NCBI RefSeq assembly: GCF_009834535.1
Contig: NC_045696.1
Location: 36,954,001 to 37,018,000 of the forward strand
Source of the DNA: Camelus ferus
Taxonomy: Eukaryota
Reading direction: 5' to 3'
Length of the DNA stretch: 64,000 nt
A model generated the notes under the pieces. The model worked only from the letters and a program-made list of their open reading frames with translations. It had not been told where the DNA came from and did no database searches. Position 1 is the first letter of the stretch. Every line of letters begins with the position of its first letter. A program made the translations under genes and the position numbers. This document shows, one piece after another, positions 1-14,616 of the stretch.

Positions 1-789
1 TTTTCAAAAAAGTAGATACAAAAAAATAAAACACTGAAGGGCCAGGTCAAATAAAGGGTTGTACCCTAAAAAATAACAAGTACAGAGAAGTGCTAAATAA
101 TTTTATTTAACAGAGTATCTACTCATGTTGACTTCTTTTTATAGTAAAACTATTCAAAAAATATTTTTAAAATATATATATGTATTTCCAAATATTTATT
201 ATTCCAAAGCATGAGAGCCTAATGTTCACCTTAGACAAAAGTAATTTTTTGTTAAAAAGAATAAGCTAGAGACCCACAGTCTTGATAAACCCCACAGTTT
301 TATGCATTTGTGTGTATGTCTGTGCATGCATGTATGTGTTTGTGCATGCTTTTTGTTTTTTATTAGTGCACACCACAGATATTTATATATTATATATTTT
401 AATATGTAAGGTATGTTATTAAGGAAAAAAGTAAAGACACTATTGAAAAGTAAACCACTCTGAGATACGGGCCAGAATTCAGAAATATCAAGTGACTAAA
501 AGAAAAAGGAAGCATGAAGTAAAAAAATATATAAAAGGCTCTGCCATGGGGTTTATTTCTGATGCTGCGGTGTATAGTTGCCTTTCTCTTTGGGCACTGA
601 TATCTGAACAACCTTTTCAAGTTTAGAAAACTTGAAATATAATTATATAGAATTTATACATGATAAATATCATCACATCTGTTGGTTTGATTCCACTGGA
701 GTGAGTATTTCAGAGGTCACTGGTTAAAGACAAAAGAAGATTTTATTTAGAGAGAGGGATGTTTTAATTTGAGATAACAGTATGTTTTA

Positions 790-2080
790 AATTCTCCCCT
801 TCTGAACTTTGTCCTATTGGTGTCATACATTTTACTTGTACAGATGTTATAAATCTCATATTATTATTATTATTTTGTTTAAATAGGCAATTTTAAAAGA
901 TTTAAATAGTAAGAAAAACAGTCATGTATTTGCTCATGTAATTACCATTTCTGCTACTTTTCATTTCCTCATGGGGATCCATTTTTCCATCTGGTATAAA
1001 TTTTTTTCTTCCTGAAGAGCTTTAACCTTTCATTGTACTATGGGTCTGTTACCAAAACGCAAGTCCAATTGCTTGCTGCTCAAAAGCCAACACCCAAGAG
1101 GCATGGGTTGATAGAAAGAAAAGTTTGCTTTATTCTGGAGGCTGGCAACCAAGGGAGAGAGTGGACTCATGTCTAAAGGCCAACTTCCCCCTGCTGATCA
1201 GTGGGCAAGAGCTTTAAAGAGGAGTGTCAGAGGTGTATAGGCAGAGGGAGGGGGCTGAGTGCAGAACAGCACTGTCAGCTCTGACAGTCATCTTGCAGTT
1301 GGACATGTGGTGTCTGATCTGCGTTATCTTGATTGTTATAAGAACAGTTAATCTTCAGTTCCATGGCCACTTTGTTCCCATTTCCTTGAGGCCAATTCTC
1401 GGAATTGTGGAGCTTATGTCATGGCTACAGTCTGGTCATCATGTAGTTAACTTCATCCACCTGATGAGGGTATCAGTGTACAAAACATTTCAAAGAATAT
1501 AGCTCAGAATATCATCTCTAGCCCTTGAAGGAGAACTAATGGTCCTTGACTTTGTTTAATGACTAAGCTATTATTATTTTGTTTTACTTGACTATTTCCC
1601 TTTGTTTCTCCACTTCATTATTTCTCTGATTAAACTTATTTTTGAATAAAGTTTTTCTACAGACAAGAAGCAGACAGAGGACATGATGGGAAGGGGTCTG
1701 TCCCGGGAAGGCCCCTTAGGGTTCAGCTCTGTTTCAGGCCTGCTGGATTGCTTCAGCTTTTCTGTATCTGAACTCATAGTCATTGCTTTATCTTTTGCAT
1801 GTCTAAAACTATCTTAATTTTGCCTTTATATTTAAAAGTTATTTCTTTTTTTCAGTATTTGAAAGAATTTGCGTAACTGTCTTCTCGCTTGAACTGTTTC
1901 TGATGAGCAATCTGCTGTCATCTTTATCTGTAAATATGCCATTTTTCTCTGGCTACTTTTAAGATTTTAACATTGGTTTTAAGTATTTTAACTATAATTT
2001 TGTTACTGTGCTTGACTTTAATTATCTTGGATCTGTAAGTTCATTATTTTCAAATTTTTCTCTTAAAATTTTAAAGATAT
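790..2080 (-). mobile_element. Old L1 (L1M-type) remnant, split by the LTR at 1047-1736
   Basis: T-rich decayed L1-like text (ttccatctggtat...cttcctgaaga, ggtctg|ctgg...cagcttttctgtatctgaa) that resumes across the LTR. Boundaries approximate. Confidence 0.6.
1047..1736 (-). mobile_element. ERV1-class solo LTR (690 bp)
   Basis: TG...CA termini; 4-bp TSD ggtc (1043-1046)/ggcc (1737-1740) with one mismatch; minus-strand AATAAA near 1130; ends ...ggtaaca on the minus strand like the LTR at 28158. Confidence 0.85.
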
Positions 2081-5000
2081 TGCTTCCATTAATTATTCAC
2101 ATATGCAAATAATTCTACAGTGCTCTTCAGTTACTGCCTTAAAGTCTTATTTTAAGACAGGACTTTCTTCTGCTTTTCGAAAGCAATAGTTTTCTTAACT
2201 TAATGTTTTAAAATTTTTCACATTTCAATGTTTCGTTGTTTAGTGAAAAAGTAATTTATTTTATTTTTATTTTTGTATTTATTTGTATATTTATTTATTA
2301 CATTTATGCAGTCTTGCATGCTAGAATCATACTGGCACCTCTCACTATCCGCAAAGTAAATGTTAGGTATTTGTTTCTCACTTGTGTCATTCACAGTCTG
2401 TAGTTAAGTTGTCTTATTTGATGGTTGCAATTTAAAGTGGCTCTGTTGTACTTAAGAATTCTTTCATTGCACGCTTAGCTCAGGCTATAGGGAAGATAAT
2501 TTATTTTTGGAGAACTGTAAGTTCCCCATAGTCAGCATAAATGTATAAAATAATACTGAGTCCATAGTTTATTATTCTTGTGGCTCTTTCTTATTTTCTC
2601 TCTTTGTATTATCTCAAAATGTGGTAACACCAATCTTATTGTATAATACTATTTGTATAGCATTATTGGAAAATGTATTCTTAAAATGGATAAGGAAAGA
2701 GAACTCCTAATGGGAATGCTGGTCATAGAAATATGATTCAGAAAGGAATGTTCCTTTAGTAAGAAATGGTTTTTTTCTCTTTAATCAATTCAGAAACTGT
2801 GCCCCTAAAGTAAATCTGTAGATACAGTAACAAAGGGTAATAGTCACCTCCTATATCATTGTCAGCCTCCACTAATTGTCTTCAAGCTCTCGTCCCTGCT
2901 TTAATTAATAAACATTTCTTCTGCAACCTATTATAACTTTTATCGACACACCTGGTTTTCAGTGCTATTGAAAATTTGCATCTCTTTACATATTGTTTTA
3001 GTGTGAAATCAAGGAGTATCTTAAAGTTGTGACAGTATCTTAAACTTAAATCTCATATAATAAACCTTTCATTCTTCAGCAACTTTGCATATCTCACCTA
3101 ACTTAGTTGAATGGTAAAATTCCTAAATTCTCTTGAGCTAGCAGCAAAAAGTGTTAAAATTACCTTAAAAGAAAGCAAAGAAATCTGGTAATAAAAATTA
3201 ATTCCTAGGGAAAAAAGTTTGTAGCTTGAAAGCCAGAAATACATTTAAGTTCCGTCCTTAAAAATTTGAACATTATTACTTAAGATCATGTATAACAGTA
3301 ATATAAAATATAATTTAAACAATTATTTATAGTAATATCAACAGCTTTGATAAAATATAAAGTGACTAGGGAACTTAGTTCCACTGTAAAAGACAGGCCA
3401 GGGAAATTCCTGCTGTTTCTCTTGGCACAGTTAAGAGTGAAGTACCTGCCAATAAAAGCTTGGCAGATTGTTTAAACAGCAGAATTTGACCAAAATTCCT
3501 TCTCATATACTTTTTGTTTTGTTTTTGTTTAAACACATTAGTAAGAAGTATCATTGTTTTATGATGATAAAATGTAATCAAATAACTTTTTTTTTTCTTT
3601 TTTTGGAGGAGAAGTTTTAGTATGAGTTGTCTAATGTGCCTTGGTATTCCCAGTGTGACTATTAAAAATTTGATCTGCATGCAAAGTTTGGAGCATACAC
3701 AAAGATATACTACTTTCTTCTTTCCCAGAACAAAACTGTTCTCCTATTCTGATGCTCACACCTACCCTCAAACCAACACATGTACCATTCATTATAAAGA
3801 TATGGTTATGTTCCAATGGCAATCACATTTTGTTAAACTATACATTGTATCTTCAGTTCATCTCAGTAGTTATGGACAGTGGTGTCCAGGTGTGGGTTGT
3901 TATTAAGGATTCTGATGGTTTTATTCTACTTACTTACGTAGTTACTGCACTACTGGCCCATTTATATTTTCATTTTGTCTACCCCGTATTCTCTTTTAAG
4001 GGAAAATAATACATTAAGATATCCAAAGGAAAATGAAATGGTCCAGGTGTCTACTTTTCTAAAAGTGTGTGAAATGTACCAAGAAACTTAACATTTGTTT
4101 ATTAAAACACAGTAGAGATATTATCTACTAAGAATTTATCCTCAGTCTCTTGTTGAAATAGAAAATGATTCTCTTAAGTCTTTTCCTGCATATTGTCCCT
4201 ATGATTACCTGGAATTCTTTCTCTGCCTCTCTTCTCCCATTGGGAACATCACATGTGTGTGTCCCATTTTTTTTTCTTTCCTTTAATTCCAAGTAAAATG
4301 CCTCTGCTTTAATGAAGAGGATTAATAATTAATTAATTAATAATTCTCAATTAATAGTAACAATATTTCTTACATCTTGAGGACCTATTAATAGAATGCA
4401 AACAGCACTGTGATATGTTGTTTGTAATCTTATAAACAATGCTTCCATTTTAGCATTATTATTTCCATTTTTAATGAGAATTAAGTCTTAAAACAATTAA
4501 ATAGCTTACCAAAATTTATATCTGATAATTTACATAAATTTCTATTCTGGGGTTAACCTCTTCTTGCCTTTAAAACACTATTGATTACATGTTCTAATTC
4601 ACTTAATTAAGTTCTGAGCTCCCTGGAATATATAAAATGTACATTATTCATATTTCTACCACTATCATGCCTCATTCAGACACTGCAACTAAGTAAATGT
4701 ATAACACATATGATGAATACAAATAAAACAAGATAAAATATTTTTATAATTCTGAGCTTCTTTATAGTCTGAATGATTTTGTCACTGCAAAGTCATGTTA
4801 AAATATTTCATACACATCAGGTTAATATAAATTATTTTATTAATTATAGATATTGTTCCTGCTTAGCAATATGTGAACTTTAGTTTTCTGAATTTTGGAA
4901 TCAGCTAGAAGAAACCAAGCACTCATTATTATATTAGACTAAATAAACACCTTGAAATATCAAGGGTGCATGCATTCAGCTGGAAGGTCAGTTAAAACTG

Positions 5001-5986
5001 GGCTCTTTGAAGAAACTTGAGAAAACCTCACAGCACAACCCTGTGATTATATTACAGTTGCTGTAAAAACTCTTTGAAGAATAACATTTTTTAAGGGCTT
5101 CTTGAAAAACAAACTACTGATTTGGGTAACACATACTTCTTATATCCTATTGAAAAATACAGCTATACTTTAGAGAAAAATTCAGATTAACACTCTCACT
5201 CTTCCTGAGAGCTGGGGTTCATCTTCCCTATAATCCTAGAGTTCATGTTCAGTTCTGTCCAAATGTAACCACAATGTCCTCAAGCCACTGCAAATGTACT
5301 TTTCCAATTTCTGAATAATGGTGTAAGAAGATATGATAAGGATATAGAAACGATGTCCCACATAAATTGACTTATTTCAAAATGCACTGTTTTAAGTTAA
5401 TAAGATTGGATGTTTCATCATCTGTGTATTGTATTTTGTTATTTAATGGTAGAAGTAACTTTACCCTTTATTTTTGTACTGGCTGTACTATTCTCTGATT
5501 CACCCATTTGCTATAGGCAATGGCAATTACAAAAGATACTCCATCTCTGATTTCATGAAGTAGCCAATCATGGAAAGAAAAGGCATACATATATATGCAA
5601 AATAATTAATAGCAATGCAAGTTGGTATATATTGTAATAATTTTAATGACATAATAGTAATATATCTAAAACAACAACAACAAAAAAGAAGTTCAGGAGC
5701 TTCAAGAACAACTATGTTTTACAAGTAGGCAGGATTTACCAAGTATTGAGAAATATCTATAATTTTAAAGCCTTGATGTTTGCAGGAAAACATATGTGTG
5801 TGTGTGTGTGTGTGTGTGTTTCCTTTTACAGCACACATTGCTTTTATTGTGACTCTGATGGAATTCTATAATTGCAGAAATGACGAGTCATATCTGTTAT
5901 GACTTAGTTGCTTTGATACAATGAAATTTAACCTAAAGTTTTTCTCTAGTTCACTAAAGTATACTTGGAATCTGATCTCTACTAAA

Positions 5987-6174
5987 CCAGAGGTTCTCCA
6001 ACTTCTTGTGTGTATATTCAAGTTCTCACTAAAGTACAGATTCCTAGGATCTGTTCTCAGCGGTCTAATTTTTTGGCCTTGGGTTGGCCTAGAGATCTGC
6101 ATTTTCGTTAGTTTCCTGCCCATCCAAGGGGTCCTGATACAGATGACTGGTAGAGAACTTCCTGAGAAACACTG
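5987..6174. mobile_element. MER5A-like hAT-Charlie non-autonomous DNA transposon
   Basis: cagaggttctc...gagaaacactg termini and the internal motifs cagattcctagg and atctgcatttt typical of MER5. Confidence 0.6.
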
Positions 6175-6244
6175 CACTGTGCACTCAGGTGAAAGCAGAG
6201 TTCTGGCTCTCTTGTTAACTGCTGCATGGCCAGTATCTTGAAGG

Positions 6245-6381
6245 TTTTTTTTTTTTTTTTTTAATTGAAGTATAACCAGTTACAACATGTCAACTTCTGG
6301 TGGACAGCAAAATGTCCCAGTATATATACACACATATGTTCATTTTCATATTCTTTTTTTATCAAAGATATTGAATATAGC
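6245..6381 (-). mobile_element. Very short 5'-truncated L1 3' end
   Basis: Poly(T) followed by aattgaagtataaccagttacaa...gatattgaatatag; aligns by eye with 28927-29082 apart from a small internal deletion. No clear TSD. Confidence 0.85.
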
Positions 6382-7690
6382 TTTAAAGAGCAGATTCTTT
6401 TCATTAAGCAGAGGTTTATCTAGTAATTTAGAACTTCCTATTGTGTATTTATGGAATTGCAATGTTCGTTGTGACAACGTGGATTAGCTCCTAGGAATGC
6501 AGCCATACTAAGACAAGAAAGCACACCATGAGGTAATGTTAGCAAAGTGTAGTGGTAAATGTGTCAATAAAGATAGACCTAGGGTGGAAGGAGCCTGGGA
6601 AATGTCTTCATTTTTCATTTGGGAGTCAGACAGAAGCCTTTCTGGAGTACGTGATGCCTGTGTTGAATCTTCACGGAAAACCTGGAATCAGTGGGTCATG
6701 GAAAACTGGTTGAAGGTGCTCTTGTCAGAGCAAGGAGCCAGGCCAAAGGCATGGAGACAATGTAACATTGTTGCTGCGTAGGAACTGCTCTGTGTAGGCA
6801 GAAGGGAGGTGGTCTGGTTTTCAGGAGGCTGCACCATGAGGAAGGATGTGGCAGGGGATACAACCAGAGAGAGATGGAGGCTGGATCACTGCAAGGAAGG
6901 ACAACTGACAAACCTGAGCTGCATGTTCTCTGTGTATCACAGGGTCATGCAAATTTGTGCTGGCAAATCTGTGGTATTTGAATCAGAATTATAGTTCTGG
7001 CAAAAGAGGTATTCATTTTCTTTACCTAGGGTGCCTTGGGAAGGAAGAAAAGAAGGTAGATGACTAGATCTAATCATGTTGTCACCTGGTGTTTAGGTTA
7101 AAAGACAAGTGATATTTGTTAGGAGGAAGAAACTTTGTGTTTGAAATGCCATTAGCAGACTGTCTCCAGTTAAGGATTGCCTCTAGTAAAGAGAACCCAG
7201 GGTCTATGGATCATGAGTCAAAGCTCCCTGGAGAAGCTAACAGAAACTGTATGACACTCTTGGGGAACAAGCTGGACGTGTTTGAAAACTCAAACACTCC
7301 TCCTGCTATAACCTCCCCTGGAGAACTCAGCTATTATTCTGGGATAGAGAGCACATTTCTGTAGGACCTGGGGAAGCTGCCCTTGATGTTCCAGATTGCT
7401 CTCTACGTCTTCTGAGCCTACTGATTGCCTGTACACAGCCAATTATTAGTAAAGCTTGATGCAAAGCAGGATGTTTGCTTTGTATATTAGTCTGATTTAC
7501 CAATTCACTTATTTGTGTCTCAAGTGATAGGTAGCAAAATTAATGTAGAATAATACCATAATTGCTTTTGAAACAAGAAGTAGGGATATATGCCTAGAAA
7601 AATAAACACTTACATGTGACATGCTAAAATTACCCTGGTCATAAAGAAAGGAGAGGGGCTGGGTAATATTAACTTTTTTTGTTACCATAA

Positions 7691-8323
7691 TGATGCAAGA
7701 AAAATGGATGTGGGGTGTGAGAAGGGCTGTGCGTCCCAGGCTTCAACTGAGTCTCTGGGACGTGCCCCGCCAAGTGTGGGTCCTTGGCATCGTGTAGGAA
7801 AGAATTCAAGTGCGAGCCGCAGTTGAGTAAAGGTAGGTTTATTCAGAGAGATACATTGAAAGGCAAGAGAAAGGCCATGAGGTGTGGGAGTTGGGTGCTC
7901 AGATTAAAAGTAGGTACACACTCCATAGACAGAGTGTGGGCCATCTCCGAAGAGGGAGAGGCAGTGGTGGCCCCGAGGCACCATGTTGCCAGTTATTATG
8001 GGCTCAGTGGCTTCATATGCTATTAAGTGGAAGGAACAGTCTAACTAGCCTGGGGAAGGGGCAGGGAATCCCAGGCAGTTGGCTCCTTTTGTATTCTCTG
8101 ACCTTCTGTGGCTAGCCCTGGGACTGTCATGGTGCCTGTGGGCATGTTATTCACCATACTGACATATTACAATGGGTGTATAATGAAGCTCCAGATCTGC
8201 TAGAAGTCAAATCTCCCACCATCTTGAGTCTCAAGGCCAACTGGGGGTTGAATCTTTCACCATTTTGATGTTAATTGCTGTAGCATTCCTTGAATGGCTG
8301 CGCCCTGCCCCCTTCCTGTCTCC
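7691..8323 (-). mobile_element. ERV1-class solo LTR, copy A (633 bp)
   Basis: End-to-end similar to 30371-30986; TSD ataa (7687-7690/8324-8327); minus-strand AATAAA near 7840. Confidence 0.9.
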
Positions 8324-8713
8324 ATAAAACCAGCATAAAGCAGAAACACTTTGGGTGGTAGAACAAAGAAGCAAAGACAAAACCACTTAACATCTATTCC
8401 TGATTACTGATTACACATTTCATGCCATAATTAAATAATAACTAGAAAAACCTCATAAAAAAGAAGTAAATATTAAAGAGCATCCATAGCTAACTTCATC
8501 TGCAAAGAGGGCCTGGGAAAGAACTTGAGGGTGGTTAAAATAAAGGCTAAATTAACGAAGAATGAGATTGCTTTTTTAGTGGAAAGCAGTTTTCTTGGAA
8601 TGAAAAATAAAACTTAAAATACTGAGTTTTAATTTCTGCACACTCGTATCCCCTACAAAACTGGTCCACGACTGTAAATACACTACATGGCTTATCCATC
8701 TGTGTCACCTCAC

Positions 8714-8880
8714 CTATTCTAAGTGATGGCCATTGCTTCATAGGAAGAATCACAGAATTGGGATAAAACTGAGCCCATGCTGCTGGTATTGACCCCTGTA
8801 AACTAGCTTGTATGCGTCGCAATCTGCTTCACCGACTGTTCTTCTCAACTCTTATTGCTTCCAAAGGGGATAGGATGTGT
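8714..8880 (-). other. Candidate non-coding exon (167 nt)
   Basis: Minus-strand acceptor ttctgtttgccccctttAG and donor AG|GTGAGG; stops in all three frames; some CpG retention; not an obvious repeat. Confidence 0.25.
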
Positions 8881-9738
8881 CTAAAGGGGGCAAACAGAAT
8901 GTAGATGGCTTGGTATTATTTGAAATATGTGATTAAAGAAGAAGAATTAATACTACAAATGCTTGTGGCCAAAGGTCCTATAGTGCCACAGGAAATACAG
9001 TGTAGTGTAGACAAAAGCTTTTCGGAGAGTAGGTTATGAAGTTTTGGCAAAGAAGTAAAAAAAGGGAAAAAAATAAAATAAAAAATAAATGATAAATTGA
9101 TGTTTTATAAATCCAGAGAGTTAAAATCAAGATCTCAAAAATCATTTCTCTGCTTTTTTGGGACTCAATGGAATTCTCTAAATATAGAGGTAATGTGATG
9201 GAAAATCCCTGTTCCTAACAAAATGAGAGGTCTTCAGTTCTGTTCTGAATACAAATCACAGGAAAAGGAAAGCTGTGAATTAATAAATAAAATGCAAGAA
9301 AAAAATAGGGCCAAGGAGGAAACCTGATTTTCTAATAATTTAAGACTTTTTCCTACAGACACATGATAGTGAAAATATAAAGCCTAAAGATACAGTGCAA
9401 TTAAATAAAATAAAAGGCAAGGCATGTTACAGTTAACCACTGATACTTTGTGCTGGAAGAGGGAAATAATGGAGCCCCATTTGTAAAAAATATATCCATC
9501 TCTACACTGACATTTTCTGTTACACTTATTTCTACACTGACATTTATTTATGAAAAAGTGAATCAGGGAGAGAGCTTTCAGACATTAAATGCAGCCTGGA
9601 AAAAAAATTTGATTTAAAAACTCTTCTCATTTTATCTATTTGCCAGAATTTATTACTCTGAGATAAGAATTTTTTTTTGATAATGTCAACTAATCAACCT
9701 AGATTTTAACCAAATTGAAATTTTTCATCTGCTCATTG

Positions 9739-9743
<5 letters not shown>

Positions 9744-9769
<26 letters not shown>
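9744..9769. repeat. (TA)n microsatellite
   Basis: Directly visible. Confidence 0.95.
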
Positions 9770-9892
9770 GGACAAATACTATAGAATTGCATTTTGGAAA
9801 TAACTAAATGTGCTGGTATTATTTTAAGAAGTTAATTATTAAAAATATGTCTTTTCTGGGTATTCATTTTTTGCACCTTAAGGTAATATGAC

Positions 9893-9966
9893 CCTTCCTT
9901 CCTTCCTTCCTCCCTTCCTTCCTTCCTTCCTCCTGCCCCCTCTCTCCCTTCCTCTCTTTCTTTCTT
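9893..9966. repeat. (CCTT)n / polypyrimidine tract
   Basis: Directly visible. Confidence 0.9.
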
Positions 9967-12900
9967 TAAACAACATTACCATCCATCATTACTACTATGG
10001 AACACCAAAATTTAGTTCAATAATATTTACTTTACTGCCAAGAAAATAAGATTCCAGCATATAAAATAATGTTTTAAATGTTAACACAGTGAAGAAATGA
10101 CCGAGTCAATCATAACTGATTATTTTACAGTAACTGGAAGGGTTATTATTTATTTATTTTGAGAGGAAGGAATTCCTTTTTCATAATAGTTTTCAAACCA
10201 TATAGTGGTCTATAGGGGAAAAAATGAGCCTTTTGTTTCATAGCCACATCTCATTCAAGCTTACACACAGTATCATTCATGGTTTTACCTTGTCAGTTAT
10301 TGCTGTCCACCCCTTTTCTTAGTGTTTCAATTTGAAAGTATTAATATAATATTGCTTACTCAAGTTTATTTGCGGGACACCTTGATGTAGTGTACTTACT
10401 AAATATAGGAAATGAAGCCTGAAATATACTGAAGGTGTACATATTTTTAAATGTTATTGTCAGATGTGTAGTCTCTTCCAACATGAAAGCTTCCATAGCA
10501 CCCTACCATTGGCATATAGGCTCTTTAGTTGGTCAAATGAAATTTGAGTGAATTATTTTTTAGAGAATATTTGTTGTAGTATTTTTCTCTAACAAATAAT
10601 TTGAATGTTGTTTTCTTCAGCTTGATCAATGGCCTTCCCTGTACCATACAAACCAAATTTTAGTTTTTGATACATTAATTTAATCTTATGCCTTTCAACA
10701 TCATTTCTTTGTAAAGTGAAGTAATTTCATTATTTTGATTTTATTTGGATGAATGCAAGCTTTAATTCTACAGCTCCATTTTAATCTTCTAACAATTTTC
10801 ATTGAAAGCTTAAGTTTCAGCCCTCTAGATCTTAATTCAATGATACAATCAATCTTCTTATTCTGATGTAATGAAGTCTTTGAAATGTGAGAAATCAAGA
10901 AAACAAACTGCTCTGTGAATTTGGGATTCTAGAGGTGAACACATAATATGCCTTTTGTTGTTTCAGCTACAACAATTTACCATAAACAGGTTTAAAAAAA
11001 AGTCAGACGTGGGTCACTTGATTTTATATATCCTCATGATAAAATCAGGGGATTTGCTATGTGTGTGTGTATACATGTGTTCCATTGGTTTGAGATTTAG
11101 GTATTGGTTTGAGATTTAGTTAGTAGCTTTTGTTTCCATCAAGGACACTTGTCTTGCAGTTGTGAGCCTGGACAAAATCCTATCCCATTCCTGACTTATT
11201 TCCCACATTTTGATCTTCTGCGTAAAGTATGTATTTGACAAAAAGAGGAGATTAGGCCTTGTAGATAATGCTTAGTCCAAACTTTCAAGAAGATTTTGGT
11301 GTTAATATCTGATGTTAAAGAGAATTAATACTATTCCATTACACATAAGTTACATGTAAATATAGATGTTTTAATTTTATAGTTCCAGCATACTTAAATG
11401 TTAATTTATTTTGTCATAGATATTTGGTGGTACCCTTGTTATTATAATTTTTATTATATAATAAATTACTCAGAATAAGTTCGTCCTTAAAACTACCTAG
11501 AACATATACTTTAATGGACAAAAAACATTCAAAATATTTCCTACCAATGTTCAAGATTTTATGGCTTGAAATTTGGTACTGTGACTGTTTTATCTGAACA
11601 TTTGTATTCACAAAAGAAATCACTTAAGCTGTTCTACTATGATTTTTCAGTTAAAACAAATGTTTCAAAAGACTCAAATGTGATCTTGAAGTGAGGACAG
11701 ATACAATGACTGGGACATTCTATGTAAATTGTGCACCTGATTGATTGATGGTACAAAGTTGAGGGAGTAGTAATAAATTTTACTGAAATAATCAAATAAA
11801 AATACAGAATTCAGCTAAGTGCTTCCTTCTACATATTACCCCATAGTGCTTCAATTCCTTCTGTGTTATTTGTAGCTGGCTTGTTTTGGATTATAATGAC
11901 TATCATGACTTACAAGTGTTTTCAGGGAAAAATGACTTTTTATTGATTTGTTTAAATACGACCTTTTATCTTTCTGACCAATGTGAGAAAGTAATCCTTA
12001 TATCTCCTCCATTTGCAATAACCTGAAGTAGAATTCAAGAACAGATATGTTGCTAATTTAGTTTAATCCAAAATCTAATTACAGTAACAGAAAGATTTTT
12101 AAACCTTAAAATAATTGTTTCATCTTAGTGAACCCTTGGTATTCTCAAAGAACCATGGAAGGTAAAGAGCCTATAGCTGGAGGATACCTTTTTTGTGTGC
12201 TGCAGAGAAGAGTGAGCCATCAATTAAGATAGTAAGAACCATTTAAAATAAAATACGGAAATTGTAAGAATTATTAGAAAAGCATGTACTTCTACATGAT
12301 TATGGATGAGACCAGCTTCTTCATGGCAATGATACTTCAGAATATCTCAAAAATTTATTGGTGGAAAAAGCATGGTGAATTTAAGATGAAAATCCAAGTG
12401 TCTTCAGTCATCCCATTGGAGAAGGATCAGTATATGAAGAGAAACACAATTAGGAATCACTAAGATTTATTTTCTGGCTTGAACCCTGCTATACTTCATA
12501 TTTACCTGTTATATTCTAAAATCATTTGTCTATAATTAGCACCCAGACACACACACGAAGACACATGCATAGTGTTTTGAATATCTGTGATAATCTATGA
12601 TAAAATATTTTAAGTGAATTTAAACATAGGATGAAAGCTTATTTTATCTTAGAACTCCCATAATATGCTTATAAGATATTCCTAAGTTGAGGTTTATTTT
12701 TAAGGGGTGGGAAGTGAAACAATTAGGAGAGAGAAGTGAGATGAAAACAATGATCTTTAGCTTGTAAAATTGATACTTTAGTAAGTGCTGCTGATAACTG
12801 CAGGTTTGGCAGTTTTTTCCTCCCACAAACATAAGGGTATGCATAATAAAAATTTAATACTGTAACTGTGTTAAACATAAAATACTATAACATAAGTGTC

Positions 12901-13156
12901 ACAATTTAAATTTTTTCCAAAGTACACTAGTACACTATGTGTTAGGAATCTTTGTTTTAATCTTCTGGTGCCTCCTCTACAGAGAATTTCCCTCTTGAGT
13001 ACCCCAAACATAATTTCTATGAAGCTATTATTTTTTCACCTGTCCATATCCCCTCTCCCATGCTCCAACATCCTTCTCACCTCCAGTCATCAAGTAGTCT
13101 GCAAGGTTGCTGAAGAACTGAACTTAGTGGAAGAAGTAGTATTGGGAATTTACAAC

Positions 13157-13841
13157 TGAAAAAACAAAATATTCTTTCCCACCCTAGAAACCCTTTCTAC
13201 GTAGTAGTAGAGAAAGAGAACACTTATTTTTGAAGAAGCATGAAACAAGTATTTGATGCCTGTAACAGGCAACCAGCTCAGAGGTTGCAAAGACAGAAAA
13301 GAAGTTCATACCCTTTTGAACTAGAAAATATGTTTTCAAGATAAACAATAACTAGTCCTCAAGTAAGAGGACTTGATAGAGCTGTTTTTCACACAAAGTT
13401 CACCTGACTTTATCTGATAATTGGGGTGATCATCTGTGGGGGTGAATATCTGTGTTAGTTAATTGACGGCCTCTTATCTCTTCTCACATCTTTATGACTG
13501 GAGAAAGTTTTGCAACCTAGGGCAAGGCTACGCACTGAAGTTAGGCTCCTGCTCTTCCACAGAAATGGGGAGAAATTTCTCTCTTCAAGTTCGCATTTCA
13601 AAGATATATTCCCAGGCCCTTGAGATAGATGTTCCTGGGTCATAAAACTGACAAAAGGGCAATCTAGTCTTCAAAAGGGTTTATATACATTTCAAACAGA
13701 GAGAAAGCACTTACAAGTTTTCTTCAGTAATTGCTCAAAGAAAAAGCATGGGATGGGAGAGGGTGGGGAGGGAAATCTTTTCCCTTATTTTCAACAGGGA
13801 AAGTTAAGTCTGTTACTTTAATTTGTATTTTTTTCCTTGTA
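13157..13841 (-). mobile_element. Old ERV1 LTR, MER67-like
   Basis: Minus-strand start ...aaatacaaattaaa...cttaactttccctgttgaaaataagggaaag resembles MER67-family U3; about 690 bp. Confidence 0.65.
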
Positions 13842-14591
13842 GTAGAGCATAGGAACATAATGGGTTTGACTTTTCTTAAGAATGTTTTTATATGATGATT
13901 TGCCATTATTTCCTTAAAAAAATTCCTCCTGAATTTTCATGCTGTTTTTTTTAATTTCTGTCTTACTAGCCTTTTTGCAAAGCAAAGAGAACCACCCCCC
14001 AGATTTAATAAGTTTAAAGTAAATTGATACTAAAAAGTATAATTTCTGATTCAAAACTTAACCCTTTGTCTTACATTTTATTTCAAAATTTTAATGTCTA
14101 AAGTTGATGTCTGATTTTAGGCATAGTGAGAAAGCAAGCTAATTTAAAAATGCACATTGAAATCTTGGTCCCACAGTGTTTGATCAGAATCAAATTAATC
14201 ACAGTTCGTGTTAAGCCCCTGGACGCTGTAGAGTACCTCTCTGAATAATGACTGTCCTCTAAGATTATGAATTATTAAAATAGACGTCTTTTTAGAGGAA
14301 CGGTCTGTAGCATCTTTAGGTTCATTGATTTCATGAGCATGTATTTAGTAAGCAAGACAGAGGCATTAACATTTTTGGATACTTCTTCAAAATATTCTTA
14401 TTGAGCACATAAGTATCTTGAAATTATTTTTGACCCAAGAGTTGTGTGACTCAGGAACTCTTCTATTCAGAGCTTGTTTTCTTCTATGATTAGAGTTGGC
14501 TGATGCTTGCAGTATTCATGTATGAAACAGAAATCTGAACCAAGCGCTACAGAAAACTTACAATACCCTATCCTTACATGGAGATTAAGAT

Positions 14592-14616
14592 ACACACACA
14601 CACACACACACACACA
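14592..14616. repeat. (CA)n microsatellite
   Basis: Directly visible. Confidence 0.95.

Noticed and set aside
7078..7545. Possible old ERVL-type LTR
   Set aside because: LTR-like composition, but I could not establish termini, TSD or family.
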